Positions 16,969 to 17,704 of a stretch of 17,704 nt of DNA are shown here, piece by piece. Position 1 is the stretch's first letter, and each line of letters opens with the position of its first letter. Source of the stretch: a candidate division WOR-3 bacterium (lineage in GTDB: Bacteria > Hydrothermota > Hydrothermia > Hydrothermales > Hydrothermaceae); NCBI GenBank assembly GCA_039803745.1, contig JBDRZD010000039.1, forward strand, positions 1-17,704, written 5' to 3'. The notes under the pieces are model-generated. The model was not told the origin of the DNA and made no database searches. It saw only the letters and a program-made list of their open reading frames with translations. The translations under genes were made by a program, and so were the position numbers.

Positions 16969-17607
16969 ATGAAAAAATTAGGTCCTTTATATGGAATAGC
17001 AGGAACGGATATTATAAAAGATAATTTTTTTTATAAAATTGAAAGAGCAATTTTAGGTGGTCTAAATGTATTTCAGTTAAGGGAGAAAGGCAAGGATAAA
17101 AAAGAAATAATTTCTATTGCCAAAGAAGTTAAAAAAATATGTGATGCTTATAATTGTGTTTTTATAATAAATGATGACCCTTATATTGCAAAAGAGGTAG
17201 ACGCTGATGGTGTGCATCTTGGTAAATATGATATTGAAATAGAAAAGGCAAGAGAAATTGTTGGTAAGAATAAAATAATAGGGATATCCTGTTATGATAG
17301 TCTTGAAAGGGCAATTGAGGCAGAAAGAAAAGGTGCAGATTATGTTTCTTTTTCCTCTCCTTTCCCTTCTCCAACAAAACCTTTAAAACCTTTAACAGAC
17401 TGGGAAAGAGTAGAGGAAGCAGTAAAAATTTTAAAAATCCCTGTTTATTTAATAGGAGGAATAAATAATCAAAATATAAAAGAAGTTTTTAAAATAAAAA
17501 TTTATGGTATATGCTCAATCTCCTATATTTTTAATGCAGAAGATCCTTTCTTTAAAGCTTTTGAATTAAAAGAATTAATCTATTCTTCTTTTGCTCTTAA
17601 TCTTTGA
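16969..17607 (+). CDS. thiE: Thiamine-phosphate synthase
   Basis: LYGI, FQLREK, FIINDD, ADGVHLG..D, IIGISC, GADYV, FPSPTK, PVYLIGGIN. Confidence 0.93.
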   Translation: MKKLGPLYGIAGTDIIKDNFFYKIERAILGGLNVFQLREKGKDKKEIISIAKEVKKICDAYNCVFIINDDPYIAKEVDADGVHLGKYDIEIEKAREIVGKNKIIGISCYDSLERAIEAERKGADYVSFSSPFPSPTKPLKPLTDWERVEEAVKILKIPVYLIGGINNQNIKEVFKIKIYGICSISYIFNAEDPFFKAFELKELIYSSFALNL

Positions 17608-17703
17608 AACTATTATCCAATCAAATTTAGCATTTGGATCACCTGCACCTGATTTAACAATAAATCCTTTTGTATCAAGTTTTTCAACATAAATCCCGCT
17701 CCA
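17575..17703 (-). CDS. 3' end of a convergent gene entering from the right edge, function unknown
   Basis: Hand translation: WSGIYVEKLDTKGFIVKSGAGDPNAKFDWIIVSKIKSKRRID*, with TAA at 17577-17575. Beta-strand-like pattern; overlaps the thiE end by 33 bp. Confidence 0.6.
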   Translation of the reverse strand, partial: WSGIYVEKLDTKGFIVKSGAGDPNAKFDWIIVSKIKSKRRID

Positions 17704-17704
17704 G

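Noticed and set aside
1..17704. CRISPR arrays, tRNA/rRNA genes, IS elements, intrinsic terminators, stop-codon reassignment
   Set aside because: The longest intergenic gap is 100 bp and AT-rich. I saw no repeat-spacer pattern, cloverleaf, transposase or GC hairpin with a U tract, and TGA/TAA end conserved genes at the expected positions.

Overview
Gene-dense, AT-rich bacterial window with no RNA genes, repeats, CRISPR arrays or mobile elements visible. It uses the standard code (TGA = stop). The Lys/Glu/Ile-rich proteins suggest a thermophile with a compact genome, possibly a WOR-3-like lineage (inference only). From left to right: (1) a partial aldo/keto reductase on the minus strand, divergent from a small EF-Tu domain II-like protein; (2) a minus-strand operon of a membrane GAF/MCP-like receptor, a PutP-like Na+/solute symporter, a Cys-rich small protein, ndk and an NFACT/RqcH-like protein, behind a perfect TTGACA-N18-TATAAT promoter; (3) a minus-strand operon of archease, MoxR ATPase, long NfeD, SPFH/stomatin and a CDF transporter whose apparent start is a non-canonical ATA in an ATAA stop/start overlap; (4) an excised internal block of the S10 ribosomal protein operon (rpsS-rplV-rpsC-rplP-rpmC) with its own promoter and an atypical L22 tunnel loop; (5) 14 bp later, a riboswitch-less thiamine cluster: thiC, a nicotinamidase-like cysteine hydrolase, thiD, Cys-type (suicide) thi4, a DUF6775-like protein and thiE; (6) the 3' end of a convergent gene. 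The best candidate for an undescribed system is the Thi4 thiamine module. Its two accessory genes could recycle the nicotinamide by-product and process the adenylated thiazole or the spent Thi4.
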